A stretch of 64,000 nt of DNA from positions 84,012-148,011 of the forward strand of contig CAVZLN010000007.1 in the NCBI GenBank assembly GCA_963776245.1, in the 5' to 3' direction. Shown in pieces: positions 12,092 to 24,136 of this stretch. Below the pieces are notes generated by a model, which searched no databases, was not told the DNA's origin, and was given only the letters and a program-made list of their open reading frames with translations. The stretch is from Candidatus Eiseniibacteriota bacterium. GTDB taxonomy: Bacteria > Eisenbacteria > RBG-16-71-46. How positions within the stretch are numbered: position 1 is the first letter of the stretch; every line of letters begins with the position of its first letter. A program made the position numbers and the translations under genes.

Positions 12092-13141
12092 TTAGAGTCG
12101 TGGCCGCGGACCGGATGCGCGGCCGATGAGCGTCAGGGTCCGGACCAGGAACCCGACCGTCCCGCCGATCAGGAGGATCTCCAGTCCTTTGTCATACCAT
12201 GGGCTCAAGGGCAAGGTGGAGCGCGAGTTGAAGTACGCGACCGTGCCGTACGCCAGGGCCGCGGTCAGGCCCGCGGAGGTCAGGGCGGAGACGATCGCCC
12301 AGGTCCGCCACTCGTTCTCCCGGGCATCCGAGGGTTGGGGCATCTCGCCATGGCCGGCTCCCGGGGCGCGTGCATCCTGCACGGTGGTGGGTCGGCCGGC
12401 CAACCCTTCACCGTCGCGTGGTCGGCGCTCAGCCACCCACAGCCGGGCGGCGCCCAGCAGGAAGCCCCGCCGCTCCATGACCTCGAACCCCGCTCCCGTG
12501 AGGGCCGCCTCGAAGGCACCGCCGTCCCCGAACTCGAAGATGGACTCGGCGAGGTAGCGGTAGGCGGTCGGGTCCGGGGACAGCAGGCCCAGCCGCGGCA
12601 CCACGTGGCGCAGCCAGAAGCGATGGAACGGCGCCAGCGGTCCGGGCGCCGGCGCGGTCGCCTCGAGCACCGCGAGCACGCCGTGCGGCCGCAGCACCCG
12701 CGCCAGCTCGGCGAGCGCCGCGGCCTGCGGGCGCAGGTTGCGCATGCCGAAGGCCACGGTGACGGCGTCGAGGACCGCGCCGCGCAGCGGCAGGTGGAAC
12801 GCGTCCGCGCACGCCAGCCGCGGGGCCCAGCCGGTGGTGCCCTGCTGGTCGGCGGCGATCTCGAGCATCGCGAGGCTCACGTCCATGCCGAGCACCAGCC
12901 GGCCCGGGCGGCGCAGCCCCGCGAGCGACACCCCGCTGCCGGTGCACAGATCGAGCACGGCGCGCGCGTTCTCGGGCACCGCGAGCCACAGGGTGCGGCG
13001 CCAGGCGTCGTCCCGGCCGAGGGTCATGAGCCGATTGAGCAGGTCGTAGCGGCCCGACACGCCGTCGAACATCTCGGCCATCGCGCCAGCGGCGCGCGGC
13101 TCGAAGCGGCTGCTGTGCTCCGGTGGGATCTCGGGGGTCAT
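12092..13141 (-). CDS. UbiE/MenG-family quinone methyltransferase with C-terminal membrane extension
   Basis: MFDGVSGRYDLLNRLMTLG, LDLCTGSG, VAFGMRN, AYRYLAESI. Confidence 0.85.
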   Translation of the reverse strand: MTPEIPPEHSSRFEPRAAGAMAEMFDGVSGRYDLLNRLMTLGRDDAWRRTLWLAVPENARAVLDLCTGSGVSLAGLRRPGRLVLGMDVSLAMLEIAADQQGTTGWAPRLACADAFHLPLRGAVLDAVTVAFGMRNLRPQAAALAELARVLRPHGVLAVLEATAPAPGPLAPFHRFWLRHVVPRLGLLSPDPTAYRYLAESIFEFGDGGAFEAALTGAGFEVMERRGFLLGAARLWVAERRPRDGEGLAGRPTTVQDARAPGAGHGEMPQPSDARENEWRTWAIVSALTSAGLTAALAYGTVAYFNSRSTLPLSPWYDKGLEILLIGGTVGFLVRTLTLIGRASGPRPRL

Positions 13142-13174
13142 CGCGGGTGAGCCGATGGGTGCGGAGGGTGTGGG

Positions 13175-13251
<77 letters not shown>

Positions 13252-13287
13252 AGCGGTGAACGTTTATAGCACACGGGAGGCGGGGCG

Positions 13288-14461
<1,174 letters not shown>

Positions 14462-14484
<23 letters not shown>

Positions 14485-15125
14485 CGCTCTCCCTCACCGC
14501 GGCGACGAAGCGCCGCACGAGATCGGGGTCCTTGATCCCCGGCGCGGTCTCGAGCCGCGACGAGGCGTCCACGCCGAACGGCTGCACCTCGGCCACCGCC
14601 GCCGCGACGTTCGCGGCCGACAGTCCGCCGGCGAGCATGACGTCGCGGGTGCGCGCGAGCGCCGCGGCCTCGTGCCACGGGTAGCGCTCCCCGGTGCCGC
14701 CCGCGAAGGTGGGATGCGCGGTGTCGAGCAGCACCAGGTGCGGCAGCGGAGGCAGCGCGCCGTTGATGCGGCCGTCGGGCTCGACCGGCACGCCGAAGCT
14801 CACCGGCAGCGGGAAGTCCGCGGGCCACGCCAGCGGATCGACCCGGTGCAGCTGCACGCGCGCGGCCCGCCATCTCGCGCGCCATGCGCAGCGCGTCGTC
14901 GGGCCACGGCGTCACCATCACCGCCACCGCCACCGTGGCGCCGCTGCGCGCCACCAGGTCGGCGGCGAGCGCCGGCTCCACGCGGCGCGGGCTCGCGCCC
15001 TTGATCACGAAACCGAGCCAGTCGGCACCGGCCGCGAGCGCGGCGCGGGCGTCCTCGAGCCGGGTGATCCCGCACACCTTCACGATCGTGCGGTGAGGTC
15101 GCGGGCGGGCGGAGGCGGGAGCCAC
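14462..15125 (-). CDS. trpF: Phosphoribosylanthranilate isomerase (frameshift near 14870, probably sequence error)
   Basis: [12 protein letters not shown] in one frame; QLH...LAGGL...GVDASS in another. Confidence 0.85.
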
Positions 15126-15141
15126 GGTGCGGGTCCCGGCC

Positions 15142-15954
15142 TCAGCCGCGCGCGGCGGCCATCAGCGAGGCGAGGGTCGCGGCCGGGTCGGGGCTCACCA
15201 TGAACGCCTCGCCGATCAGCGCCGCGTCGCAGCGGGTCGCGCGCAGACGCGCGAGGTCGGCGGGGCTGGCAGATCCCGCTCTCGGCCACCGCGGTGACCA
15301 TCGGCGGCACCAGCGGCAGGAGCTCGAGCGCGGTCTCGGGGCGCACCTCGAAGGTGTGCAGGTCGCGGTTGTTGATGCCCACCACGGTCGCGCCCGGCGC
15401 GCACCGCCCCGCGCAATTCGTCGGCGTCGTGCACCTCGACCAGGCAGTCGAGGCCCACCAGCCGCGCCTCGGTGATGAAGCGCTGCAGCTCGGTCTCGGA
15501 GAGCAGGGCCGCCAGCAGGAGCACCGCGTCGGCCCCGCGTGCCGCGGCGTCGAGGATCTGGTAGGGGTCGACCACGAAGTCCTTCATGAGCAGCGGCAGC
15601 TTCACGGCCGGGCGCACCGCGTCCACCCACGCCGGGTCACCCCGGAAATGGTCGGGCTCGGTCACCAGCGACACCGCCGCGGCGCCGCCGGCGGCGTAGA
15701 GCGACGCCTGCGCCACCGGATCGACGTCGGCCTGGAGCATGCCCTTCGAAGGTGACGCTCGTTTCACCTCGCACACCAGGCGCAGCGGCCGTCCGGGCGC
15801 GCCGCGACGCAGCGCGCGCTCGAGGCGCCCGGCGGGCTCGATGGCGCCGAGGCGGGCGCGCAGCGCGTGCGCGGGCACGCGGAGCCGTCGCCTCGGCCAC
15901 GCGCCGGGCCCGGTCGCCGGCGATGTGGGCGAGGAAGTCCGCGCCTCGGGTCAT
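15142..15954 (-). CDS. trpC: Indole-3-glycerol phosphate synthase (several frameshifts)
   Basis: [38 protein letters not shown] and LIGEAFM pieces in shifting frames. Confidence 0.88.
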
Positions 15955-15965
15955 GGCCTCTCCCG

Positions 15966-16970
15966 TCAGCCGCGGAACGCGGCGAGCTCGGTGAGCCGGG
16001 TGGCGGCGGCGCCGCTGTCGATGGCGGCGGCGGCGCGCTTCACGCCCGCGGCCAGGTCGTCGCACCCACCCGCCACCACCAGCGCCGCGCCGCTGTTGAG
16101 GAGCACGATGTCGCGGGCCGCGCCGGTCTCCCCCCGCAGCACGCCGCGGATCCGCTCGGCGTTGGCGGCCGCGTCGCCGCCGCTCACCTGCGCGCGGTCG
16201 GTGTGCGACAGGCCGAGCGCCGCGGGGTCCACCTCGAACTCCCGGATGGTGCCGTCCCGCAGTTCGGCGACATGGCTCTTCGCGAACACCGACAGCTCGT
16301 CGAGGCCGTCGAGCCCGTGCACCACCCAGGCCCGTTCGCTGCCGAGGATGCGCAGCACGTCGGCGACCGGGAGCACCAGGTTGTCCGAGAACACGCCGAG
16401 CAGCTGGCGCCGGGCGCCGGCCGGGTTGGTGAGCGGGCCGAGCACGTTGAAGATGGTGCGCACGCCGATCTCGCGCCGCGCGGTGTTCGCGTGCCGCAGC
16501 GCGGTGTGGTAGTTGGGCGCGAACAGGAAGGTCAGGCCCAGCAGGTCGAGCGAGCGCCCCGCGCTCTCGGGGGTGAGGTCGATCGGCACGCCCAGCGACT
16601 CGAGCACGTCGGCGCTGCCGGTGCGGCTCGACACCGCGCGGTTGCCGTGCTTGGCGACCGCGACGCCGCACGAGGCGGTGACGATCGCCACGGTGGTCGA
16701 GATGTTGAAGGTGCCGGCGTTGTCGCCGCCGGTGCCGCAGGTGTCGAGCAGCGGCGCGCGGCGGGTGCGGATCACCGGCAGTCGCTCGCGCATCGCCTGG
16801 GCGAAGCCGGCGATCTCCGTCGGCGGTCTCGTGCTTCATGCGCAGCGCCACGGCGAGCGCCGCGATCTGGGCCGCGGTCGCGTCGCCGGCGAGGATCTGA
16901 TCCATCACGGCGTGACACAGTTCCTGTGGCAGATCCTCGCGCAGGACGGCCTTGGCGATGGCGGACACGA

Positions 16971-16974
<4 letters not shown>
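15966..16974 (-). CDS. trpD: Anthranilate phosphoribosyltransferase (frameshift near 16820)
   Basis: DTCGTGGD, NIST, KHGNRAVSSRTGSAD, RTIFNVLGPLTNP; N-terminal part in another frame. Confidence 0.92.
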
Positions 16975-17557
<583 letters not shown>

Positions 17558-17561
<4 letters not shown>

Positions 17562-19024
17562 GGCTGGCCCCGCTCGGCGCGCTGCACCGCGACCCACAGC
17601 GCGCGGCCCTTGCTGAGGGTCTCCTCCCACTCGGTCTCGGGATCGGAGTCGGCGACGATGCCGGCGCCCACCCCCCAGTACGCCCGGCCGTTGGCGTACA
17701 CCAGCGTGCGGATGGCGATCGCCAGGTCGAGGTTGCCGTGATAGTCGAAGTGGCCGACCGCGCCCGCGTACACCCCGCGGCGCATCGGCTCGAGGTCCTC
17801 GATGATCTCCATCGCGCGCACCTTGGGGGCGCCCGACACCGTGCCCGCGGGGAAGCACGCGCGCACCACGTCGAGCGGGGTGAGCCCCGGCCGGGCGCGG
17901 CCGCGCACGTTGGAGACCAGGTGCATGACCTGGGAGTAGCGCTCCACCACCATGTACTCGTTGGTCTCGACCGAGCCGAACTCCGAGACCCGGCCGACGT
18001 CGTTGCGGCCGAGGTCCACGAGCATCACGTGCTCCGCGCGCTCCTTCTCCGAGGCGCGCAGCTCCTCCTCGAGACGGCGGTCCTCCTCGGCGGTGCGCCC
18101 GCGCGGGCGCGTGCCGGCGATCGGCCGCACTTCGACCACGCCCTCGGTGCGGCGCACCAGCGCCTCGGGGCTCGAGCCCACCAGCGCGAAGTCGCCGAGG
18201 TGCAGGAAGTACATGTAGGGCGACGGGTTGGTGACGCGCAGCGCGCGGTAGCCCTCGAACGCGGGCTGCGTGACCGGCGCACTCATGCGATGCGCGAGCA
18301 CCACCTGGAAGACGTCGCCGGCGCGGATGTGCTCGCGGGCGCGCTCCACCCCCGCCATGAAGCCCACGCGGGTCGAGGTGGACTCGGGCTCGGCGGGTGA
18401 CACGCCCGCGACCGGCTCGCTCCAGTCGAGCGGACGGCGCAGGCGCACGACCTCGCCCTCGATGCGCTCCACCGCGGCGTGCCACGCGGCGTCCGGATCG
18501 TCGCCGCCGCGTGCGTGGGTGACCACCTTGAGCGTGTGGGTGAGGTTGTCGAACACGCTCACCACGTCCCCGAACAGGAAGACGGCATCGGGCAGCCCGA
18601 CGTCCTCCTTGTCCCCCGCCGGCACGCGCTCGTACCAGCGCACGGTGTCGTACCCCAGATAGCCCACCGCGCCGCCGCAGAACTTCGGCAGCCCGGGGAG
18701 CGCCACGGCCTGGTGCTGCTGGAGGAGATCGGCCAGCTCCTCGAGCGGATGGCGCGCCAGCACGGTGGTCTTCCCGCCGCGGATCACCTCGCAGCGGTCG
18801 CCGCGCGCGATGAACACCAGCGACGGGCGGCTGCCGAGGATGGAATAGCGGCCCCACTTCTCGCCGCCCTCGACGCTCTCGAGGAGGAAGCCATAGGGGC
18901 CGTCGTCGATCTTGCGGAAGGCCGACACCGGGGTGTCGTGGTCGGCGAACACCTCGCGGTAGACCGGCACCAGCCGGCCCCCTCGGGCGAGCGCGCGGAA
19001 CTCAGGGAGCGAAGGGACGATCAT
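17558..19024 (-). CDS. trpE: Anthranilate synthase component I
   Basis: LLESVEGGEKWGRYS, NPSPYM, PIAGTRPRG, EHVMLVDLGRND, GTVSGAPK. Confidence 0.97.
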
Positions 19025-20721
19025 CGGGCCGCGGACCGCGCGGGGGTGGCGCCCAGCAATTCGAGCGCCTGGCGGCGGGTGGTCGCGGTCGCCCGGTCGC
19101 CGGCCAGCATGCGCGCGAGCTCGTCGATGCGTGCCTCCCCCGCCACCGGCTCGATGCGGGCGATGGTGCGCCCGGCGGCGGCGTGCTTGGAGACGCGCAA
19201 CTGGTGGCTGGCGAGAGCGGCGATCATGGGCAAGTGGGTGACGCAGATGACCTGACGACGCTCGGCGAGCGAGCGGAGGCGCTCTCCGACCGCCTGGGCG
19301 ACCGCCCCGCCGATGCCGGAATCTACTTCATCGAAAAGCAGAAGGTCAACGCAGTCTAGGGTTTCCAGCACAGACTTGAGAGCGAGCATGACGCGTGACA
19401 GTTCCCCGCCCGAGGCGATCCGGGCCAGCGCCCGCGCCACCTCTCCCGGGTTGGCCGTGAAGCGCATCTCGACCGAGTCGAGCCCTGCGGGCCCGAAGTG
19501 CCGAGGCTCGGGCGCGGCCGACTCGACCGCGAAGGCGAGCTGGGCGTGGGCGAAGCCGAGCGGCTTGAGCTCCCGGGTGACCCGTGTCCCCCACGCGCGC
19601 GCGCCCTCGCGGCGGCGGGCGCCGAGCGCGGTCCCCGCCCGCGCGGCCTCCTCGCACGTGCTCGCCACCGCGGCGCGCGCGCGCTCGAGCGCTCCCGCGG
19701 CGTCCTCGCCGGTGGCCAGCTCGTGGGCGATCTCCGCGCGCCAGCGCAGCAGCGTGGGCACGTCGCGGCGATACTTGCGCGTCAGGCGCGCGATCAGGTC
19801 GCGGCGCTGCTCGATGCCCTCGAGCGCGCGCGGGTCGGCCTCGAGCGCGGCGGCGTAGTCGGCGAGGGCGCGCGCGGCCTCGCTGGCGGCGATGCGCGCC
19901 TCCTCGAGCACCGGCAGGGTCTCGCCCAGCGACGGGTCGAGCGCTGCCGCCTGTCCGAGGGCGTGCGCGGCGCCGGCCAGCGCGTCGAGGGCCGGCGTCT
20001 CTCCGTCGCTCAGGCGCCCGAGGGCGCCGCCCACCAGTTCGCGCAGCCGGTCGGCGTGCTGGAGTCGCGCTCCCTCGCGCGCGAGTTCCTCCTCCTCGCC
20101 CTCCACCAGACGGGCGTCGTCGAGTTCGCGCGCGGCGTTCAGCAGGTGGTCCCGGCGCTCGTCGTAGGTGGCGAGCGACTGCTCGAGCAGCGTGAGCTCG
20201 TGCGTCGCGGTGCGGTAGGCGGCGAGCGCGGCGTCCCAGGCCGCGCGTTCGGGCGCCAGCCGCGCGAGCCGGTCGAGCGTCTCGAGCCCGGCGCCGGGAC
20301 GCAGCAGGCTCTGGTGCTCGTGCTGGCCGTGCAGGTCGGCGAGCACCTCGCCCAGCGACTTGAGCGCGGTGAGCGTGACCGGCGACTGGTTCACGCTGGC
20401 GCGCGACTTCCCTCCCGCCTGGACCTCGCGGCGCACCACCAGCGTCTCGCCCGCGGGATCGAGGCCCCAGGTCTCCAGCAGCGCGCGCACGCGCTCCGCG
20501 GTCTCGCCCGCGAGCTGGAACTCGCCCTCGACCACCGCGGCCCGGGCGCCGTCGCGCACCGCGTCGGCGTCGGCCCGGCCGCCCAGCAGCAGGCTCACCG
20601 ACTGGACGAGCAGCGACTTGCCGGCCCCGGTCTCGCCGGTGACCACGTTCAGCCCGGGGCCGAACTCGACCTCGGCGCGCTCCACCAGCGCGAGGTCGCG
20701 GATGATCAGGCGGTCGAGCAT
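19021..20721 (-). CDS. recN: DNA repair protein RecN
   Basis: TGETGAGKS, HGQHEHQ, IASGGELSR, FDEVDSGIGG, VTHLP. Confidence 0.97.
   Translation of the reverse strand: MLDRLIIRDLALVERAEVEFGPGLNVVTGETGAGKSLLVQSVSLLLGGRADADAVRDGARAAVVEGEFQLAGETAERVRALLETWGLDPAGETLVVRREVQAGGKSRASVNQSPVTLTALKSLGEVLADLHGQHEHQSLLRPGAGLETLDRLARLAPERAAWDAALAAYRTATHELTLLEQSLATYDERRDHLLNAARELDDARLVEGEEEELAREGARLQHADRLRELVGGALGRLSDGETPALDALAGAAHALGQAAALDPSLGETLPVLEEARIAASEAARALADYAAALEADPRALEGIEQRRDLIARLTRKYRRDVPTLLRWRAEIAHELATGEDAAGALERARAAVASTCEEAARAGTALGARRREGARAWGTRVTRELKPLGFAHAQLAFAVESAAPEPRHFGPAGLDSVEMRFTANPGEVARALARIASGGELSRVMLALKSVLETLDCVDLLLFDEVDSGIGGAVAQAVGERLRSLAERRQVICVTHLPMIAALASHQLRVSKHAAAGRTIARIEPVAGEARIDELARMLAGDRATATTRRQALELLGATPARSAAR
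19320..19349 (-). promoter_or_regulatory. Putative sigma70 promoter inside recN, upstream of trpE
   Basis: TTGACC-18 bp-TAGATT within a short patch of atypical A/T-ending codons. Confidence 0.55.
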
Positions 20722-20841
20722 GGCGCGGAGTGTAGCCGATGGGCGGACCCGCTGCCGAGGGCGGAGCGCGCGGTGCCCGGGGCGGGCCACGCGGGGTGCG
20801 GACCGGCGCCGGCGCGCTCGCGACGGCGGTCCGCGGCCGGC

Positions 20842-21711
20842 TCAGAACGAGCGCTTCGCGCTCCCCTGCCAGCCCAGCTTGGCCTGCAGCGCGTGCGCGA
20901 ACGGGCGCGCGGGGTTCTGCAGCCGGCGCACCGCGGCCTTGCCGAGCGTGAGCGTGACCCGGTCGCCGTCGGCGAGCTCGAACATCTCCTGCCCGTCGTA
21001 GAGCAGGGTCACCTGGTCGTAGGCGCCGAGCACGTGCACCTCCATCGACGAGCCGGGCGCGAGCAGCAGCGGGCGGCTGCCGAGCGAGTGCGCGCACACC
21101 GGGGTCACCACCAGCGCCTCGAGCCCGGGCTCCAGCAACGGGCCGCCGGCCGAGAGCGAGTACGCGGTCGAGCCCGAGGCGGTCGCCGCGATCAGGCCGT
21201 CGGCCACCAGGTGGCCGAGGTCCTGGCCGAGCGCGCGGGTGCGCAGGTGCACGGCCTGGTAGCCGCTGCGACTCTTGATGACGGCGTCGTTGATCGCGAC
21301 CCCCCGCCGCACCACCTTGCCGCGGCGGCGCACCACCGCCGACACCAGCCGCCGGGGCACCACCGGCCAGCGACCGGCGAGCACGGCGGAGACCGCCTTC
21401 GCGGTCTCGTGGGCCTCGGCCACGGTGAGGAAGCCGAGCCCGCCATGATTGAGCGCGAGCATCGCCCCGCGGTGCCCGGCCAGCGCACGTCCGCCGGCGA
21501 GCGCGGTCCCGTCACCGCCGAGCGTGATCATGAGATCGCACCACGCGCCGAGCGAGCGCGGGGTGAACCCGTCCGCGTTCATCGCTTCGGCGAGGTCGCG
21601 TGAGAGGCGCACCTCGAGCCCGCGCCGCGCCAGCGAGCCGCGCAACTGGGCGGCCGCCCGCCTCACGCTCGGCCGGCGGGAGTGGCCCAGGATGGCGACG
21701 CGGCGGATCAT
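20842..21711 (-). CDS. nadK: NAD kinase
   Basis: LGGDGT, GGLGFL, ADGLIAATASGSTAYSLSAGGP. Confidence 0.95.
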   Translation of the reverse strand: MIRRVAILGHSRRPSVRRAAAQLRGSLARRGLEVRLSRDLAEAMNADGFTPRSLGAWCDLMITLGGDGTALAGGRALAGHRGAMLALNHGGLGFLTVAEAHETAKAVSAVLAGRWPVVPRRLVSAVVRRRGKVVRRGVAINDAVIKSRSGYQAVHLRTRALGQDLGHLVADGLIAATASGSTAYSLSAGGPLLEPGLEALVVTPVCAHSLGSRPLLLAPGSSMEVHVLGAYDQVTLLYDGQEMFELADGDRVTLTLGKAAVRRLQNPARPFAHALQAKLGWQGSAKRSF

Positions 21712-21718
21712 GCGGGGC

Positions 21719-23608
21719 TCACGCGTGGAGCGGCTGGGTCTGGCGCACCCACGCGAGCGTGCGGCTCGCGATGCCGGGGGCGTCGAGCCCGATCTGCGCC
21801 AGCAGTTCGTCGCGCTTGCCGTGCAGGACGAAGTGGTCGGGCACGCCGAGTCGCAGCTGCGGGGTGGCCGAGAGCATGAGCCGGTCGAGGCACTCGCTCA
21901 CCGCGCTGCCGAAGCCGCCGGCGATAACGCCTTCCTCGAGGGTGACGAGGCGGCCCACCGAGCGGGCGAGGCCGGCGATCACCAGCTCGTCGAGCGGGGC
22001 CGCGAAGCGCATGTTGACCACGGTGGCCGACACCCCCTGCGCGGCCAGCGTGTCCGCCGCGGCGAGCGCGGGGCCGACCATGGTGCCGAGCGCGAGGAGC
22101 GCGACGTCGCCGCCGGCCCGCAGTTGCTCGGCCTTGCCGATCTCGATCAGGCGCGGCTCGCGGTCGGGCAGGATGTCGGGCACGGCGGCGCGCGGATAGC
22201 GCACCGCGATCGGCGCCGAGCCCGTCCACCGGGCGGCCGTCCACAGCATGTCGCGCAGCTCCTCCCCGTTCTTCGGCTGCATCACGACCGCGCCGGGGAT
22301 CATGCGCAGGTAGGCGATGTCGAACACGCCGTGCTGCGGGGCCCCGTCGTCGCCCACCAGCCCGGCGCGATCGAGGCACAGCATCACCTTGAGGTCCTGC
22401 ACCGCCACGTCGTGGATGATCTGGTCGAAGGCGCGCTGGAGGAAGGTGGAGTAGATGGCGGTGATCGGCATCAGGCCGCCCGCGGCGAGCCCGGCCGAGA
22501 ACGTGACGGCGTGCTCCTCGGCCATGCCGACGTCGAAGAACCGCTGGGGGAACCGGGAGGAGAACTCCTTGAGCCCGGTGTTGTCGGTCATCGCCGCGGT
22601 CACCGCGACCGTCTCCGGCATGGCTTCGCCGATCCGCACCGCGGTCTCCCCGAACACGTGCGAATAGGTCTTCTTCGCGCCCTTGGAGGCCGTGCCGGTG
22701 TCGGGGTCGAACACCCCCACCCCGTGGAACGTGGTGGCGTCGGACTCCGCCGGGCCGTAGCCCTTGCCCTTGCGCGTGAGCACGTGCAGGAACACCGGCT
22801 CGTCGAAGCGCTTGAGGTCCGAGAGGGTCTCCTGGAGCACGTCGAGGTCGTGGCCGTCGATGGGGCCGAAGTACTTGAAGCCCAGCTCCTCGAACAGCAG
22901 CCCCGGGACCACGAGGTTCTGGAGCCCCTCTTTCACGCGGCTCGCGCCCTCCTGCATCTTCCAGCCCTTTGGGAGCTTGCCCAGCAGTTCCCACACGTCG
23001 TGCTCGAAGCGGCGATAGATCCGGCTGGTGGTGAGCTTGGTGAGGTAGCGGTGGAGCGCTCCGATGTTCCGCGAGATGCTCATCTCGTTGTCGTTGAGGA
23101 TGACGATGAGGCGCTTGCCGAGCTCCCCCGCGTTGTTGAGCCCTTCGAACGCCATCCCGCCGGTGAGCGCGCCATCGCCGATCACCGCCACCACGTGATG
23201 ATGCTCGCCGCGCAGGTCGCGGGCCGCGGCGAATCCCAGGGCGGACGAGATCGAGGTGCTGCCGTGGCTGGTGCCGAAGACGTCGTGTTCGCTCTCGGCG
23301 CGGCGCGGATAGCCGGCGAGGCCGTCGAGCTGGCGCAGGGTGTGGAACCGGTCGAACCGGCCGGTGACCAGCTTGTGCGGGTACGACTGGTGTCCGACGT
23401 CCCAGATGATCTTGTCGCGCGGCGAATCGAACACGCGGTGGAGCGCGAGCGTGAGCTCGACCACGCCGAGGTTGGGCGCCAGGTGGCCGGCATTGCGGGC
23501 CACCGTCTGGATGATGACGTGGCGGATCTCGGCGGCGAGCACCGGGAGCTCGGCGCGCGAGAGCGCGCGCAGGTCGGCCGGCGAATGGATCCGTTCGAGG
23601 AGGCTCAT
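21719..23608 (-). CDS. dxs: 1-deoxy-D-xylulose-5-phosphate synthase
   Basis: WDVGHQSYPHK, GDGALTGGMAFEGLN, NDNEMSI, YSTFLQRAFDQ, DRAGLVGDDG. Confidence 0.98.
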   Translation of the reverse strand: MSLLERIHSPADLRALSRAELPVLAAEIRHVIIQTVARNAGHLAPNLGVVELTLALHRVFDSPRDKIIWDVGHQSYPHKLVTGRFDRFHTLRQLDGLAGYPRRAESEHDVFGTSHGSTSISSALGFAAARDLRGEHHHVVAVIGDGALTGGMAFEGLNNAGELGKRLIVILNDNEMSISRNIGALHRYLTKLTTSRIYRRFEHDVWELLGKLPKGWKMQEGASRVKEGLQNLVVPGLLFEELGFKYFGPIDGHDLDVLQETLSDLKRFDEPVFLHVLTRKGKGYGPAESDATTFHGVGVFDPDTGTASKGAKKTYSHVFGETAVRIGEAMPETVAVTAAMTDNTGLKEFSSRFPQRFFDVGMAEEHAVTFSAGLAAGGLMPITAIYSTFLQRAFDQIIHDVAVQDLKVMLCLDRAGLVGDDGAPQHGVFDIAYLRMIPGAVVMQPKNGEELRDMLWTAARWTGSAPIAVRYPRAAVPDILPDREPRLIEIGKAEQLRAGGDVALLALGTMVGPALAAADTLAAQGVSATVVNMRFAAPLDELVIAGLARSVGRLVTLEEGVIAGGFGSAVSECLDRLMLSATPQLRLGVPDHFVLHGKRDELLAQIGLDAPGIASRTLAWVRQTQPLHA

Positions 23609-24111
23609 CGGGTCGTCCAGTGCCACAGGATGGCGCTCAGGAGGCCGATCAGGCCCCCCACCAGCACCTCGAAGGGGGTGTGCCCGAGCAGCTCCATGAG
23701 CCTTCCGGTCTCGGCCTCGGCGTGTTCGAAGTGCTCGTCGATGAGGCGATTGAGGATGGCGGCCTGCTTGCCGGCGGCGCGGCGCAGGCCGGCGGCATCG
23801 TACATGACGATCAGGCTGAAATACAGGCTCACGCCGAACAGGGTCGAGGTGAAGCCCTCGCGGAAGCCCACCGCCGCGGTGAGCGCGCAGACCGCGGCCG
23901 AGTGTGCGCTCGGCATCCCTCCGGTCTCGACGAAGCGCTGGAAGTTCCAGCGCCGGTGGGCCACGTAGTACGCGACCCCCTTGAAGCCCTGGACCAGCGA
24001 TCCGACGATCAACGCCAGCCAGAAAGGTTCCGTGGTCCCTCCGCTCCCCTGTGGCTCGCCCTCCGTGGACGTCAGCCGGATGAAGATACGGACCGGGCGG
24101 CGCGTCGGCAA
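23605..24111 (-). CDS. Divergent PAP2 / DUF212-type membrane protein (start uncertain)
   Basis: GGMPSAHSA, VMYDAAGLRRAAGKQA, LGHTPFEV; usual ispA-dxs position. Confidence 0.85.
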   Translation of the reverse strand: MPTRRPVRIFIRLTSTEGEPQGSGGTTEPFWLALIVGSLVQGFKGVAYYVAHRRWNFQRFVETGGMPSAHSAAVCALTAAVGFREGFTSTLFGVSLYFSLIVMYDAAGLRRAAGKQAAILNRLIDEHFEHAEAETGRLMELLGHTPFEVLVGGLIGLLSAILWHWTTR

Positions 24112-24136
24112 CCCCGACCAGGCCGCCGGGCGGGAT

